From NCBI GenBank assembly GCA_964437545.1, contig CAYTHH010000001.1, positions 14,381 through 78,380 of the forward strand: a DNA stretch of 64,000 nucleotides, in the 5' to 3' direction. Numbering within the stretch: position 1 is the stretch's first letter; every line of letters starts with the position of its first letter. Below, one piece after another: positions 18,563-28,935 of this stretch. The notes beneath the pieces are model-generated. The model saw only the letters and a list, made by a program, of their open reading frames with translations, ran no database searches and was not told the DNA's origin. The translations under genes and the position numbers were made by a program. The DNA comes from an uncultured Candidatus Saccharibacteria bacterium (GTDB lineage Bacteria; Patescibacteriota; Minisyncoccia; Minisyncoccales; GWA2-46-15).

Positions 18563-19836
18563 ATTCTACGAAATAGAACATTTTTAGCAGCGCTTTCTCC
18601 GGCCAGATAGCCCGTACTCCAGCAATTCTGCAAATTAAATCCTCCGGTTGGGCCATCAATGTCAATGATTTCTCCGGCAAAATATAAATTGTTAATTAGT
18701 TTTGATTTCATGGTTTTATGATCAATCTCTTCTAAAGAGATTCCCCCGCTAGTGACAATGGCTATCCCAAACCCTAAAAGTTCTTTAACAGTCATTTTTA
18801 ATCCTTTTAATAGTTTTGCTAAATCCTGCCTTTCTTTTTTGGTGATGCTGTTTGTTTTTTTCTCAGGATCAATTTGAGACAGATCAATAATGACTGGAAT
18901 CAGCTTTTGAGGCAAAAGATCATTCAAGCTATTTTTGAACAACTTTCTCTGGTATTTAATAAAATCTCTTTGCAATCTTTGATCTAGTTTGGCAAAGTTT
19001 AGGGCTGGTTTTAAATCAAGGAATAGATCGACTCCTCCTTTCTTTAAAAGTTTGCCAACGACCTTACTAATATCTAAAATAATCGGGCCAGTGATGCCAA
19101 AATGGGCGAATAAACATTCTCCGAATTTACTATATTCTTTTTTGTTTTTTTGGATAACGCTTATCTCAACATTTTTTAAACTCAAGCCCTGGAGCTCTTT
19201 AATCCAGCTTTCTTTTAAGGCAATTGGCACTAGAGCAGGGTCTAGCTCTTTTATTTTATGGCCGAGCTTTTTAGCCCATTCAAAGCCATCTCCGGTTGAG
19301 CCTGTTGTGGCGTAAGATTTGCCGCCAGTGCAAAAGATATAGTTTTTGGCAATAATTTCTTTCTTTTTCAAGATTAACTTTTCAATTCTACTACCTTGGC
19401 GCTTAATTTTAAGAACCTTGGCGTCATAGGTGATATTAGCCTTACTTTTATCCAGATACTTTACCAGAGATCTTAAAACATCAATTGAGCCGTCGCTAAT
19501 CGGGAAGACTCTCTGTCCCCTCTCAATTTTGATTTCTAATCCTAACTGATTAAAAAAATCAATAACTTGTTCTGGTCCGAACATAGAAAAAGCATGGAAA
19601 AGAAACTTGCCGTTCTGACCGTAGTTTTTTACCAGCTTTTTCAAATTAAACTCAGCATTAGTGATATTGCACCTGCCCTTTCCTGTTAAAAGCAATTTTT
19701 TGCCTAAAGTGTCATTCTTTTCTAAAAGAATCGTTCTAGCACCAAGCTCAGCAGCCCGGCCTGCGGCTATCATACCAGCCGGTCCACCGCCAATAACAGC
19801 CACGTCAAAAATGTCTTCTTCTCTTATATTTGTCAT
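18559..19836 (-). CDS. NAD(P)/FAD-dependent oxidoreductase, HI0933/aminoacetone-oxidase family
   Basis: DVAVIGGGPAGMIAAGRAAE dinucleotide-binding motif plus family-typical TGKGRCNITN, 425 aa. Confidence 0.8.
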   Translation of the reverse strand: MTNIREEDIFDVAVIGGGPAGMIAAGRAAELGARTILLEKNDTLGKKLLLTGKGRCNITNAEFNLKKLVKNYGQNGKFLFHAFSMFGPEQVIDFFNQLGLEIKIERGQRVFPISDGSIDVLRSLVKYLDKSKANITYDAKVLKIKRQGSRIEKLILKKKEIIAKNYIFCTGGKSYATTGSTGDGFEWAKKLGHKIKELDPALVPIALKESWIKELQGLSLKNVEISVIQKNKKEYSKFGECLFAHFGITGPIILDISKVVGKLLKKGGVDLFLDLKPALNFAKLDQRLQRDFIKYQRKLFKNSLNDLLPQKLIPVIIDLSQIDPEKKTNSITKKERQDLAKLLKGLKMTVKELLGFGIAIVTSGGISLEEIDHKTMKSKLINNLYFAGEIIDIDGPTGGFNLQNCWSTGYLAGESAAKNVLFRRI

Positions 19837-19942
19837 TTTTTAATCTTAGCAAAAAATCGCTAATTTAGCATTAACTATTCAAAAACTGGAGTTAGCAATA
19901 ACTCTTTAATTATTGATTAGTAGATAGATTTGAACCAATTTA

Positions 19943-20374
19943 TTATCTTGAAGGTATATTCATTCCCGCTGACCTGATTTGAATTGATGTGGCGGTTAGG
20001 CTGCCATCTTGGTTTGCTGTCCCATTTACGGTTACGCTTTTACCGGTTTCTAAATCAGCCAAAGAGCCGCTAGTGAATGCATCAATAGTTGTTGTTTCGG
20101 AGAGAAAAATAATCTTTGAACCACCATCCTGGCTTTTTATAGTAATGCTTTTATCGTCTTGCGAAAGAATTTCTCCGGAAACAAAATTAACACCCGCAGC
20201 TCCATTTCTAAATCCTCCAGTTACATTAGCTTGGGGCACAGATCCATTCATTTGAGCTAGTCTTTGACTGAAACCAGCCGGCAGTTTGCTTTGCTCGTAT
20301 TTAATGCCGCCATAAAAGGCTCCGCCGCCGATTAAAACTATTGCTAGAGAAAATATCAATAATGTTTTTTTCAT
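19943..20374 (-). CDS. secreted hypothetical protein
   Basis: Signal peptide/TM at the N-terminus, 143 aa, no domain call. Confidence 0.4.
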   Translation of the reverse strand: MKKTLLIFSLAIVLIGGGAFYGGIKYEQSKLPAGFSQRLAQMNGSVPQANVTGGFRNGAAGVNFVSGEILSQDDKSITIKSQDGGSKIIFLSETTTIDAFTSGSLADLETGKSVTVNGTANQDGSLTATSIQIRSAGMNIPSR

Positions 20375-20407
20375 AATTTATTTATTATTTATTTTATGTT
20401 TTTATAG

Positions 20408-21634
20408 TTACTCATATCTTAGAGCTTCTATTGGTTTCAGCGAGGCAGCTCTTTTGGCTGGATAATAACCAAAGATAATACCGATAGCAGCTGAAAATAC
20501 GAAAGCTAAAAGAATCGAACCAGAAGAAATTTTAGTGGTAATAGATCCGAAATGAGAAACTAGGATTGATGCCAGCCAGCCCAGCAAGATTCCGAATATC
20601 CCGCCGATAAAAGTTAAAAGAACTGCTTCAGCCAAAAACTGCATATTAACATCTTTTTTTTGGGCGCCAAGAGCTTTTCTTAAGCCGATTTCTCTGGTTC
20701 TTTCTGTGACCGTTGTTAGCATCATATTCATAATGCCAATACCCCCGACCAATAAAGAAATACCTGCTATTGAACCAAGTAAGATTGTCAGAGTTTGAGT
20801 AATTGATGAAGCGCTGGCAACTATGTCAGCCTGATTCATAATGCTGAAATCAGCCAAGGTCGGATCAGTGATATGATGTCGTTCCAAAAGCAAGAAAGTG
20901 ATTTCTTCTTGGACTGCGGTCATGGATTCTTGACTAGCTGCTTCGATATAAGCGCTAGTTAAATAATCTTTGCCCGCTAAAAAGCGTTGAGCGGTAGAAA
21001 GAGGGATAAAGATAATATCGTCTTGGTTACTAAAACCAGAACCGCCCTTTGATTCGGTTATACCGACAACCTTAAATTCTATGCCCTTAATGCGAATTTT
21101 ATTTCCTACAGCATTAGTAGTATTTTCTCCGAATAAGTCGTCGCGCGTTGAAGGTCCTAAAACTGCTATCTTGGATAAGTTTTGCAGGCTTTGCTCGGTG
21201 ATAAAACTGCCTTCAGCAATTTGAATATTCCTTACTTCTGTATAATCCGAAGTTGTGCCGACAATTTGAGTATTGGTGTTAGTTCCTTTAGCTGTTACTT
21301 GGTAGCGGCCAGCTAGTTCCGGAGCGACTGCTTTAACTAGACTAATTTCGTTTGCAATGGCAATAGCGTCAGCTGAAGTCATTGTTTGGGCCGAGCCCCG
21401 TCCACTACTAGCCTGATAACCAATCCCCCTTTGGGCTCCAGGAGAGACTATAAGCAAATTAGATCCTAATGACTGAATATTAGCTTGGATTGAACCAGTG
21501 GCGCCTTGACCAATGGAAACCATAGCAATAACTGATCCGATACCAATAACAATTCCAAGAACCGTCAAACCCGAACGAGTTTTATTTAAAAGCAGAGCAG
21601 AATATGTTTCTTCAAATAAATCTCCAATAGTCAT
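20408..21634 (-). CDS. ABC transporter permease (MacB/FtsX-like)
   Basis: N-terminal TM, large periplasmic domain, 3 C-terminal TM helices, 408 aa. Confidence 0.8.
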   Translation of the reverse strand: MTIGDLFEETYSALLLNKTRSGLTVLGIVIGIGSVIAMVSIGQGATGSIQANIQSLGSNLLIVSPGAQRGIGYQASSGRGSAQTMTSADAIAIANEISLVKAVAPELAGRYQVTAKGTNTNTQIVGTTSDYTEVRNIQIAEGSFITEQSLQNLSKIAVLGPSTRDDLFGENTTNAVGNKIRIKGIEFKVVGITESKGGSGFSNQDDIIFIPLSTAQRFLAGKDYLTSAYIEAASQESMTAVQEEITFLLLERHHITDPTLADFSIMNQADIVASASSITQTLTILLGSIAGISLLVGGIGIMNMMLTTVTERTREIGLRKALGAQKKDVNMQFLAEAVLLTFIGGIFGILLGWLASILVSHFGSITTKISSGSILLAFVFSAAIGIIFGYYPAKRAASLKPIEALRYE

Positions 21635-21636
21635 GG

Positions 21637-22353
21637 CTATTCTTTAATTTCCCGAGTTATTTTTTCTTTAGTCCAATTACCAATACTGTCTTCAATAATC
21701 TGGCCATCTTTGATAGCAATGACTCTTTTAGCGTGGTTAGCAATGTATTTTTCATGAGTGATTAGAATAATGGTTCTGCCTTGCTCGTGTAGTTTTTGGA
21801 AAGTTTGCAGAACAACTTCTCCGGTTTTACTATCTAAATTTCCAGTCGGCTCATCAGCTAGTATTAAAGCTGGATCATTAACTAGGGCTCTAGCTATGGC
21901 TACTCTTTGCATTTGTCCGCCTGACAATTGATTGGAAAGATGATGGAATAGCTCATCTTCCAAGCCAGCATTTTGAAGAGAGGCACGCGCTAAATTTTCT
22001 CTTTTATCTTTAGGAAAGCCGGCATAGACTAAGGGTAAAATTACGTTCTTCAAGACTGTGGTTCGAGGCAAAAGATTATAGGATTGGAAAACAAAACCAA
22101 TTTTGTCTCGACGGACATTAGCTAATTGATCGTCGGAAAGCTTGGCCACATCCCGACCATTTAAAAAATAATCACCGCTGCTAGGCGTATCTAAGCAGCC
22201 TAAAATATGCATTAAAGTTGACTTGCCCGAACCAGACGGCCCAATAATAGCTACAAATTCTCCGTCTTTAATGGCAAAAGAAATGTTTTTTAAGGCCTGG
22301 GTTTCTCCAGCTTCGGTTTTATAAATTTTACTGATATTTTTACATTCAATCAT
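21637..22353 (-). CDS. ABC transporter ATP-binding protein (MacB/LolD-type)
   Basis: Walker [10 protein letters not shown], signature [15 protein letters not shown], Walker [12 protein letters not shown]. Confidence 0.9.
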   Translation of the reverse strand: MIECKNISKIYKTEAGETQALKNISFAIKDGEFVAIIGPSGSGKSTLMHILGCLDTPSSGDYFLNGRDVAKLSDDQLANVRRDKIGFVFQSYNLLPRTTVLKNVILPLVYAGFPKDKRENLARASLQNAGLEDELFHHLSNQLSGGQMQRVAIARALVNDPALILADEPTGNLDSKTGEVVLQTFQKLHEQGRTIILITHEKYIANHAKRVIAIKDGQIIEDSIGNWTKEKITREIKE

Positions 22354-22366
22354 TTCTGTCTAAGAT

Positions 22367-24145
22367 TTAAAATCCCGGCATTCTAAAACCGCCATCCGTT
22401 TGAACCCTATTAGAGGTAGTAGGCGCAGAGCTAGTTGTACCCGAAGCGATTTTGCCGGTGATAATAATATCTCCTTCTTGCAGGCCAGAAATTATCTGGG
22501 TGTAGTCGTCGTTGGCTGAGCCAATCTCTATTGGTTGGTTTTTGGGCGTTTCTGATAGAATTATGCCTACTGAAGCAGTTGATAGACTTTTTGCGGTTTG
22601 ATCTGTTGGCATCTGAACATAATATGAATCATCTTGGTATTTGACGCCAGCATTGGGCACCATTAAAACGTCTGTTTTAACATCAATAATAATATTAACC
22701 GAAGCGCTCATTCCCGGTTTAATCCTTTCATCTTGAGTGTCAAAGCTAATTTTAACGTTATAGGCAACAATTCCTTGATTGACGGTGCCGATGGCATCAA
22801 CTTCAATAACTTTACCGCTAAGGCTTAAATCTTCAATAGCGTCAAAAGTCAAGCTGGCTTTTTGACCGGTTTTGATTTTAGCAACATCAATTTCATTGAA
22901 CGAAACTTCAGCAATTCTTTGTTTAGTGACAATAGTTGCCAAAGAGTTTCCGGACGAGGCAGAATCCCCTTTTTTGGCTAAAACCGCGGCGATAACACCG
23001 TTAAAAGGAACGCGGACATAATGATTATTAAAAGTTTCGTTGGCCGCAGTTAAGGCGTCTTCTTTTTGCTGAATAGAGATTTTCTTTGCCCTGACATCAA
23101 GATCGTCCGGTCCCTCTTTCATCTTCTCTAGAGACAAAGTTTTTTCTTTAATAGATTGTTCGGCGTTTAAGATGGCATTTTTAGAATCTTCAATAACTCT
23201 TTGAGTCGACAATAAGCTTAAAAGATTGCTATTAGTTGTACTAGTATAGCTGTTTAAGCTTGAAAGGTGGGTGTTGGAAAGCGAGGCAGGTCTTAAGCCA
23301 TGCTCGATGAGTTTGTCCTGATAGAATTGAACCAGATTATTGGTATCCTTGACGGCCTGGGAGATATCTTTCACAGTATTATAAGTTTGATTGGTTAGAG
23401 ATTCAATGGTCGCCTTGTCAGAAAACCGGCTGACAGACTTGTAATCAGCGAAATTCTTATCATAAGCAGTTCGAGCGGCTCGATAACTGTCATAAGCGTC
23501 TTGTTTATATGCAATTACTTTTTCGTCATAGTTTTTAGTGGAATCTGCATAAAAATCAATGTTCCATTGGCCAACATTTAAACTGGTGCTAAAAATCATG
23601 TCATCTAAGCCCGCCATTAAGGCCGGGAGTTGAAGAAAAGTATTGGCGACTGTGTTAAGGCCGTCTTCGTAATCTTTTTCCAGAGAGTCTTCAGAATTTT
23701 TCTTTGATTGATAGGCCTGATTTAAAGAATTTTCAGCCTGGAGAAGAGATAATTCATCTACTGGGTCATAAAGCTTGTCCAGTTCAAGTTTTGCTGTTTC
23801 CAGATTTGTTCGGGCATCATAGAGATTCCGTTCTGCTTCGCTGGTATCTATTTTAGCGATCAGGGCTCCGGAAGCAACTTCTTGCCCTTGAGTTATATAG
23901 ATAGCGGTAATTTCTCCGCTTACTTTAGGTTTGACATCTAACTGATTTAGGGCAGAAACTTGGCCGGTTCCGGAAACCGAAGTAATAATAGTTCCTTTTT
24001 CTACTTGAGCTAAGGCATAACGAGTTGAGTCTCCGGACGACGTTATTGATCTTATTCCGAAATAACTGATAATAATGATTGCAGCAAAAATAAAACCAGA
24101 GATGGCTTTGTGCCCTAATGCGAAGATCTTTATTTTTTGAAACAT
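22367..24145 (-). CDS. periplasmic adaptor (membrane fusion, HlyD/MacA-like) subunit
   Basis: N-terminal TM, long coiled coil, lipoyl/beta-barrel segments, 592 aa. Adjacent to the ABC pair. Confidence 0.75.
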   Translation of the reverse strand: MFQKIKIFALGHKAISGFIFAAIIIISYFGIRSITSSGDSTRYALAQVEKGTIITSVSGTGQVSALNQLDVKPKVSGEITAIYITQGQEVASGALIAKIDTSEAERNLYDARTNLETAKLELDKLYDPVDELSLLQAENSLNQAYQSKKNSEDSLEKDYEDGLNTVANTFLQLPALMAGLDDMIFSTSLNVGQWNIDFYADSTKNYDEKVIAYKQDAYDSYRAARTAYDKNFADYKSVSRFSDKATIESLTNQTYNTVKDISQAVKDTNNLVQFYQDKLIEHGLRPASLSNTHLSSLNSYTSTTNSNLLSLLSTQRVIEDSKNAILNAEQSIKEKTLSLEKMKEGPDDLDVRAKKISIQQKEDALTAANETFNNHYVRVPFNGVIAAVLAKKGDSASSGNSLATIVTKQRIAEVSFNEIDVAKIKTGQKASLTFDAIEDLSLSGKVIEVDAIGTVNQGIVAYNVKISFDTQDERIKPGMSASVNIIIDVKTDVLMVPNAGVKYQDDSYYVQMPTDQTAKSLSTASVGIILSETPKNQPIEIGSANDDYTQIISGLQEGDIIITGKIASGTTSSAPTTSNRVQTDGGFRMPGF

Positions 24146-24251
24146 ATTTCTACTTTTATTTTTAAATTAAAGAAAGGCTCAGGCCTCTATTCCTTTTTTA
24201 GAAATAGAGAGTCTGAAACCTCCTTTTAAGATCTGGAAGATATCATTTTTC

Positions 24252-24758
24252 TTATTGTTTTGGCCAAAAACCTTTATTGCCTGGACCTTTAAATCCTAGA
24301 TGTGACATATCACCTATGAATCCCCTTCCCATAAATCCAAAGTTAATATTATTGTCTTGTCTCCATATTTTCATGTCATCCATAATCTTTTCCATTTCAG
24401 CCTGTTTTTCTTCTCGAGAAAGGTCTTTTAAGGAATCCATTTTTTGTTTCAGTTCTTCTTGTTTTGCCAAAATTAAGATTTTTTGGTCTTCAGTGATTTT
24501 TCCTTCTGCAATGGCTTTATCCAGTATTTCATTATACCTGACTTGATTTTGAGCTTGTTTCTCCTGTCTATTTTCATCTAGAACTTGCTGAACTTGGACA
24601 GTATCAAGGTTAAATTTTTCTACCAGTTTTTGGATAACGGGTGGAAAATTACCATTGGTTGACTGAGCCTTGACGATACCAATGCTGGAAATTCCAGCCA
24701 TGGCTAGAGCGCCAACTATTGCCGTTAAAGCCATCAGGGCTTTTGTTTTATTTTTCAT
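24252..24758 (-). CDS. secreted coiled-coil hypothetical protein
   Basis: Signal peptide, 168 aa. Confidence 0.4.
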   Translation of the reverse strand: MKNKTKALMALTAIVGALAMAGISSIGIVKAQSTNGNFPPVIQKLVEKFNLDTVQVQQVLDENRQEKQAQNQVRYNEILDKAIAEGKITEDQKILILAKQEELKQKMDSLKDLSREEKQAEMEKIMDDMKIWRQDNNINFGFMGRGFIGDMSHLGFKGPGNKGFWPKQ

Positions 24759-24825
24759 ATGTTATTTTATATTTTAATTTTTACCGACCTTTCACTAATT
24801 ACTACAACTAGGAAAGGTTTTTGTT

Positions 24826-25593
24826 TCATTTTTTTAAAAACATTATTGGTTTTGGAGAGAAATTAGGCCTATATTCAAAATCTTTAGGGAAATTTTCAGG
24901 CAATTTTTTAATGCCGTCAGCCTTAATAATACCATCTTTTATTTTTCCAATAACCATAATATAATCTCCTTTTTCGATTTCCCTTTGTCTTGGGGAAATA
25001 GTTCCGGGAACTATGTTCACGGTCAGGATTTTTCCTTCAGGAGTTTCAAAAGTGAAATTATTTTCAGAAGTTTCCAGAACAATTCCGTATAGTACATTTT
25101 CAGGCCTGCCAAAATCAAGATCTCTGTAAAGGGGTCTAGCAAAGGGCATGCGTCCTGCCTGGACTTGTTGGAACATTCTTTTATGCAAAGGTGTTTGACC
25201 AACAATAAAACTTATAGTTATGACTAATCCGATAATGGCTAAAGCTGAATATAGGAGAGGATTTCGATAGGCAAAGGAATATCTCTTTACTAGTGTTTCT
25301 AAAATAGCGATGAAAACAATGGCAATTATAATTAGGGTCCACGGAAAAGCTCCGAAAAGCATTCTTAATCCTCCAAAACCGAATTCAGGCAAAAATTGCA
25401 GAGGAGATTTTCTAAAAGCAAAAAGCATAAAGCTTATAATATATAAAGTTGCCCCAAAAGTAATGATTATTCCCGTAATTATTAAAATTGCTTTCAAGAC
25501 AAAGTGAGATCTGGGGAGTATCTTAATTTCTCCCCTTTTTATCTTATCCAGTAAGTTTTGCTTTATTGATTCTTTATTTTGTTCTTGGTTCAT
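24826..25593 (-). CDS. membrane protein; anti-sigma-factor role guessed from position
   Basis: Immediately downstream of the ECF sigma gene. 255 aa with TM helices. No sequence motif supports the anti-sigma role. Confidence 0.35.
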   Translation of the reverse strand: MNQEQNKESIKQNLLDKIKRGEIKILPRSHFVLKAILIITGIIITFGATLYIISFMLFAFRKSPLQFLPEFGFGGLRMLFGAFPWTLIIIAIVFIAILETLVKRYSFAYRNPLLYSALAIIGLVITISFIVGQTPLHKRMFQQVQAGRMPFARPLYRDLDFGRPENVLYGIVLETSENNFTFETPEGKILTVNIVPGTISPRQREIEKGDYIMVIGKIKDGIIKADGIKKLPENFPKDFEYRPNFSPKPIMFLKK

Positions 25594-25633
25594 AGCAGTT
25601 AATATAGAACTGATATATCGGGCATCCTGCCCG

Positions 25634-26200
25634 TTATAGGCTATAGTTTGACTTTTTAAAGACTTCCGCCATTAATTTCTTTCCTCTTTTTAGTCTGATG
25701 CCTACGGTTGAAACTGGGATTTGCATAATATCAGCAATTTCTTCATAGCTGAGTTCTTCAAGATAGAAAAGGATTAATGGTTCTTTATATTTTAGATCAA
25801 GCTTATTTAAACAAGCTTCAATCATGGTTTTTATGTCTTTTTTGTCTATTTCTTCTTTTAAAGTATTGTCTGAAAAACTATGGGGGAAAAGCGCATCAAG
25901 GCCAAAAAGAAACAAAGGTTTTTTCTTTTTTAAGGCGTTGATCAGTTCATTGTGAGCGATTCGGTAAAGCCAGGAAGAGAATTTTCTTTTTGAATCAAAA
26001 CTTTGGATATTAACGTAGGTTTTAATAAAGATGTTTTGAACTACGTCATTAATATCTTCTTGATCTGATAAGAATTTTCTGGAGTACCTTTTAATTTTTT
26101 CTTCGTATCTTTCAATTAAAATGCCGAAAAGCTCAATTTTTCCAGATTGGATTAATTTTGCAATTTCTTCATCTTTTTGAATAAACACAATCTGCCTCAT
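25634..26200 (-). CDS. RNA polymerase sigma factor, ECF (sigma-70 group 4) family
   Basis: Region 2 (VVQNIFIKTY...WLYRIAHNELINALK) and region 4 HTH (LSYEEIADIMQIPVSTVGIRLKRG). Confidence 0.85.
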   Translation of the reverse strand: MRQIVFIQKDEEIAKLIQSGKIELFGILIERYEEKIKRYSRKFLSDQEDINDVVQNIFIKTYVNIQSFDSKRKFSSWLYRIAHNELINALKKKKPLFLFGLDALFPHSFSDNTLKEEIDKKDIKTMIEACLNKLDLKYKEPLILFYLEELSYEEIADIMQIPVSTVGIRLKRGKKLMAEVFKKSNYSL

Positions 26201-26226
26201 AGTATTAATACAAGCGAAGAGCTCTT

Positions 26227-26373
26227 TTTATTTCATTAGAATCGAGCTTGCTCATTTCGAGTAAAGCGAGAATCAAACTTGTTTATTTCATTAGAATCGA
26301 GCTTGTTCATTTCGAGTAAAGCGAGAATCAAACTTGTTTATTTCGTTAGAATCGAGCTTACTCATTTCATTTG
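26227..26373. repeat. 56-bp tandem repeat, about 2.6 copies
   Basis: tttatttcattagaatcgagcttgCtcatttcgagtaaagcgagaatcaaacttg appears as copies 1 and 2, with a partial copy 3. No spacers, so not CRISPR. Confidence 0.85.
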
Positions 26374-26382
26374 CAAGGTTGC

Positions 26383-26457
26383 AAGGTGACTGTCACCTTT
26401 TCTCCCCCGAACAAACTTAGGAACAAATTTGACAAATGGCGTGATTTTGAAAGATTT
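26383..26457 (-). promoter_or_regulatory. conserved ~75-nt leader/promoter element upstream of the ECF sigma gene; paralogous copy upstream of dnaB
   Basis: About 85% identical to 35477-35550 in the same orientation relative to the downstream gene. Contains the perfect palindrome AAGGTGACAGTCACCTT and repeated ATTTGTTCG motifs. Confidence 0.6.
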
Positions 26458-26493
26458 CATTCAAAGCTTTTTCAGCAAACAATCTCAACGTCT

Positions 26494-28935
26494 TTATCGA
26501 TACTTTTTTCTTCTTAAATTTGTCTTAGTGAGTTCAATGATAATAATGGCAATAGCCGCTGAAGCCAAGAGTAAAGCCCAGTGATCTAAGTGCAAAGGAA
26601 CAATCCCCAACAGCTTTTGGGTTATGGGAATATAGGTAATGGTAATTTGCAAGACTAAACTAGAAATCACGGCCAAAAACAGCCATTTATTCTTCCAGAA
26701 GTTTTCATATCTCCAAAAAGGTTTTCTAAAAGTCCGACAGGAAAAGATGTATAAGACCGAATCAAAAGAAATAGCCATGAAGGCCATGGTTCTTCCCAGA
26801 TTAAGCATATTGAGATGAAGGCCAAAATACCAAAATAATCCTAAAGCAAAACCTCCGGAAAGGAAAGATATTAGGAATATAAGAGAAATTCCGAATCTAT
26901 TTAAAATCGGTTCGTTAACGCTTTTAGGGCCCTCGGCCATGACTTCTTTTTCCATGGGCTCAAAACCAAGGACAATGTCTTCCGGGCCGTCGCATAATAA
27001 ATGGATCCAAAGAATTTGAACAATAGTTAAAGGCATTGGCCAGCCCATAATAATTGATCCTAAGATCAGGAATATTTCAGCAAAAGAATCAGACAACATG
27101 AAAAAAATGACCTTTTTTAGATTTTCAAAAACAACTCTTCCCTCCTCAATAGCCGAGACAATGGTTTTAAAGTTGCTGTCTAAAAGAATTAAATCAGCTG
27201 TTTCTTTGGCAACTTCGGAAGCTTCGTTAACGACAATGCCGATATTTGATTTTTTCAAGGCAAGAGCATCATTAACGCCATCGCCAGTCATGGCCACGAC
27301 TTCCCCTTGTTCTTGGAGAATTCTGACGATTCTTAATTTTTGGTCTGGGGTTACTCGAGAAAATAAAAGTATGTTACCAATCACGGCTTTAAGTTGGTCG
27401 TCATTAAGCTCTTTAAGTTGTTTGCCTTCCAGGGCTTGGTCTGAAAAGATTTTCATTCCTAAATGTTCCATAATTTTTTCGGCCGTGCCACGATAATCTC
27501 CAGTAACTACTTTTACTGTGATGCCAGCCTGCCTGGCAATTAAAAGAGCTTCTTTAACCTCCTGGCGAGGCGGATCCCAAAGCCCGATCATACCGCCCCA
27601 TTTAAGTTGAGGCATTTTTTTAATACTAATCTTATCAATATTAACTTTTTTAAAACCTAAACCTAATATTTTTAAGCCTTGGCTAGCCCATTCATCCATT
27701 CTTGCTAGAATTTCTTGACGCTGGTTATCGGGTAAGTCGGTCATGTTCATAATGGTTTCCGGGGCGCCCTTAACCAAAAGTAAATTCCCAACCGGCAGAG
27801 GATTAACGGCATTAATCGTTGCCATAAATTTATAATTGCTGCTGAAAGTAATTTCAGCTAACCGTTGGTATTTATCAACAGCTTCCTGGGGGTCAAAATC
27901 TTTTTGATCTCTTAAATATTGCCAAAGGGCAGTTTCAGTCGGGTCAGAAAAGTTATTACATAGAGACATTACTAAAAAGCCATTTTCCTTGTTTTGAAAA
28001 TCTGTTTTATCAACCCTCATTTCTCCATGAGTCAGGGTGCCAGTTTTATCAGTGCAGATGACAGTCACTGATCCCAAAGTTTCTACCGCCAAAAGCTTTC
28101 TGATTAAAGCTTTTTTCTTTAGGGTTTTTTGCATGGCAATCACTAAAATTATTGTAGTGACAATAATTAAAGCCTCAGGGATAATAGCTACCATAATTAC
28201 TGACGAAGTCTGAAGCATTTGCCAAAAATCTTTGCCAACGATTACTCCAGAAATTAGAATCAGCAAAGAAAGGGCTATAGAAAGATAAGTGATTCCTTTG
28301 GTAAACTTTTTTAGCCTTAATTGCAAAGTAGTTAAGGGCTGGGAAGTTTCCTTTAAAGATAGGGCGATTTTCCCCATTTTTGTATTCAGTCCCGTACTAG
28401 TTACTTTAATAACAGCCCGACCGCCAGCTACGATTGTGCCCATGAAGACATCTTGATCTGAGTTTTTTTCCAAAGGCTCGCTTTCACCAGTTAAAACAGC
28501 TTCATTAATAAAGAAAGAAACAGCTTCTAAAACAATGCCGTCAGCTGGGACCTTATCTCCAGTAGCAAGAAAAACAATATCGCCAGGAACCAGTTCTGAA
28601 ACTGGTATTTCTTGGCGCTGACTATCTCGTTCTACCCGAATAAAAGGCTTAATAAGCTTTTTTAAAGCTAACAGAGTTTTTTGGGCCTTATATTCTTGGA
28701 AAAAACCAAATAAAGAGTTCAAAAGTAGAACTGAGAAAATGAAAATTATTTCAAAATATTCTCTAGAGAATACAGAAATTAAGCCGGCAAACAAGAGCAG
28801 AAAGATCAAGGGATTAGAAAACTGGGCCAGAAAAATCTTTAAGGCCGTAGCTTTTTTTTCTTCGGGTAAAACATTCCTGCCGTATTGAATTCGAAGTTCT
28901 TTTGTTTGTTCTAGGGTTAATCCAGTATATTTCAT
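26494..28935 (-). CDS. cation-transporting P-type ATPase (P2-type, Ca2+/Mg2+ family)
   Basis: DKTGTLT phosphorylation motif (ICTDKTGTLT), hinge MTGDGVNDALAL, TM4 PEAL, 813 aa. Confidence 0.85.
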   Translation of the reverse strand: MKYTGLTLEQTKELRIQYGRNVLPEEKKATALKIFLAQFSNPLIFLLLFAGLISVFSREYFEIIFIFSVLLLNSLFGFFQEYKAQKTLLALKKLIKPFIRVERDSQRQEIPVSELVPGDIVFLATGDKVPADGIVLEAVSFFINEAVLTGESEPLEKNSDQDVFMGTIVAGGRAVIKVTSTGLNTKMGKIALSLKETSQPLTTLQLRLKKFTKGITYLSIALSLLILISGVIVGKDFWQMLQTSSVIMVAIIPEALIIVTTIILVIAMQKTLKKKALIRKLLAVETLGSVTVICTDKTGTLTHGEMRVDKTDFQNKENGFLVMSLCNNFSDPTETALWQYLRDQKDFDPQEAVDKYQRLAEITFSSNYKFMATINAVNPLPVGNLLLVKGAPETIMNMTDLPDNQRQEILARMDEWASQGLKILGLGFKKVNIDKISIKKMPQLKWGGMIGLWDPPRQEVKEALLIARQAGITVKVVTGDYRGTAEKIMEHLGMKIFSDQALEGKQLKELNDDQLKAVIGNILLFSRVTPDQKLRIVRILQEQGEVVAMTGDGVNDALALKKSNIGIVVNEASEVAKETADLILLDSNFKTIVSAIEEGRVVFENLKKVIFFMLSDSFAEIFLILGSIIMGWPMPLTIVQILWIHLLCDGPEDIVLGFEPMEKEVMAEGPKSVNEPILNRFGISLIFLISFLSGGFALGLFWYFGLHLNMLNLGRTMAFMAISFDSVLYIFSCRTFRKPFWRYENFWKNKWLFLAVISSLVLQITITYIPITQKLLGIVPLHLDHWALLLASAAIAIIIIELTKTNLRRKKYR

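Noticed and set aside
26227-26373. Possible CRISPR array (also considered for 45209-45296)
   Set aside because: Repeat units are directly contiguous with no unique spacers, and no cas genes are present.
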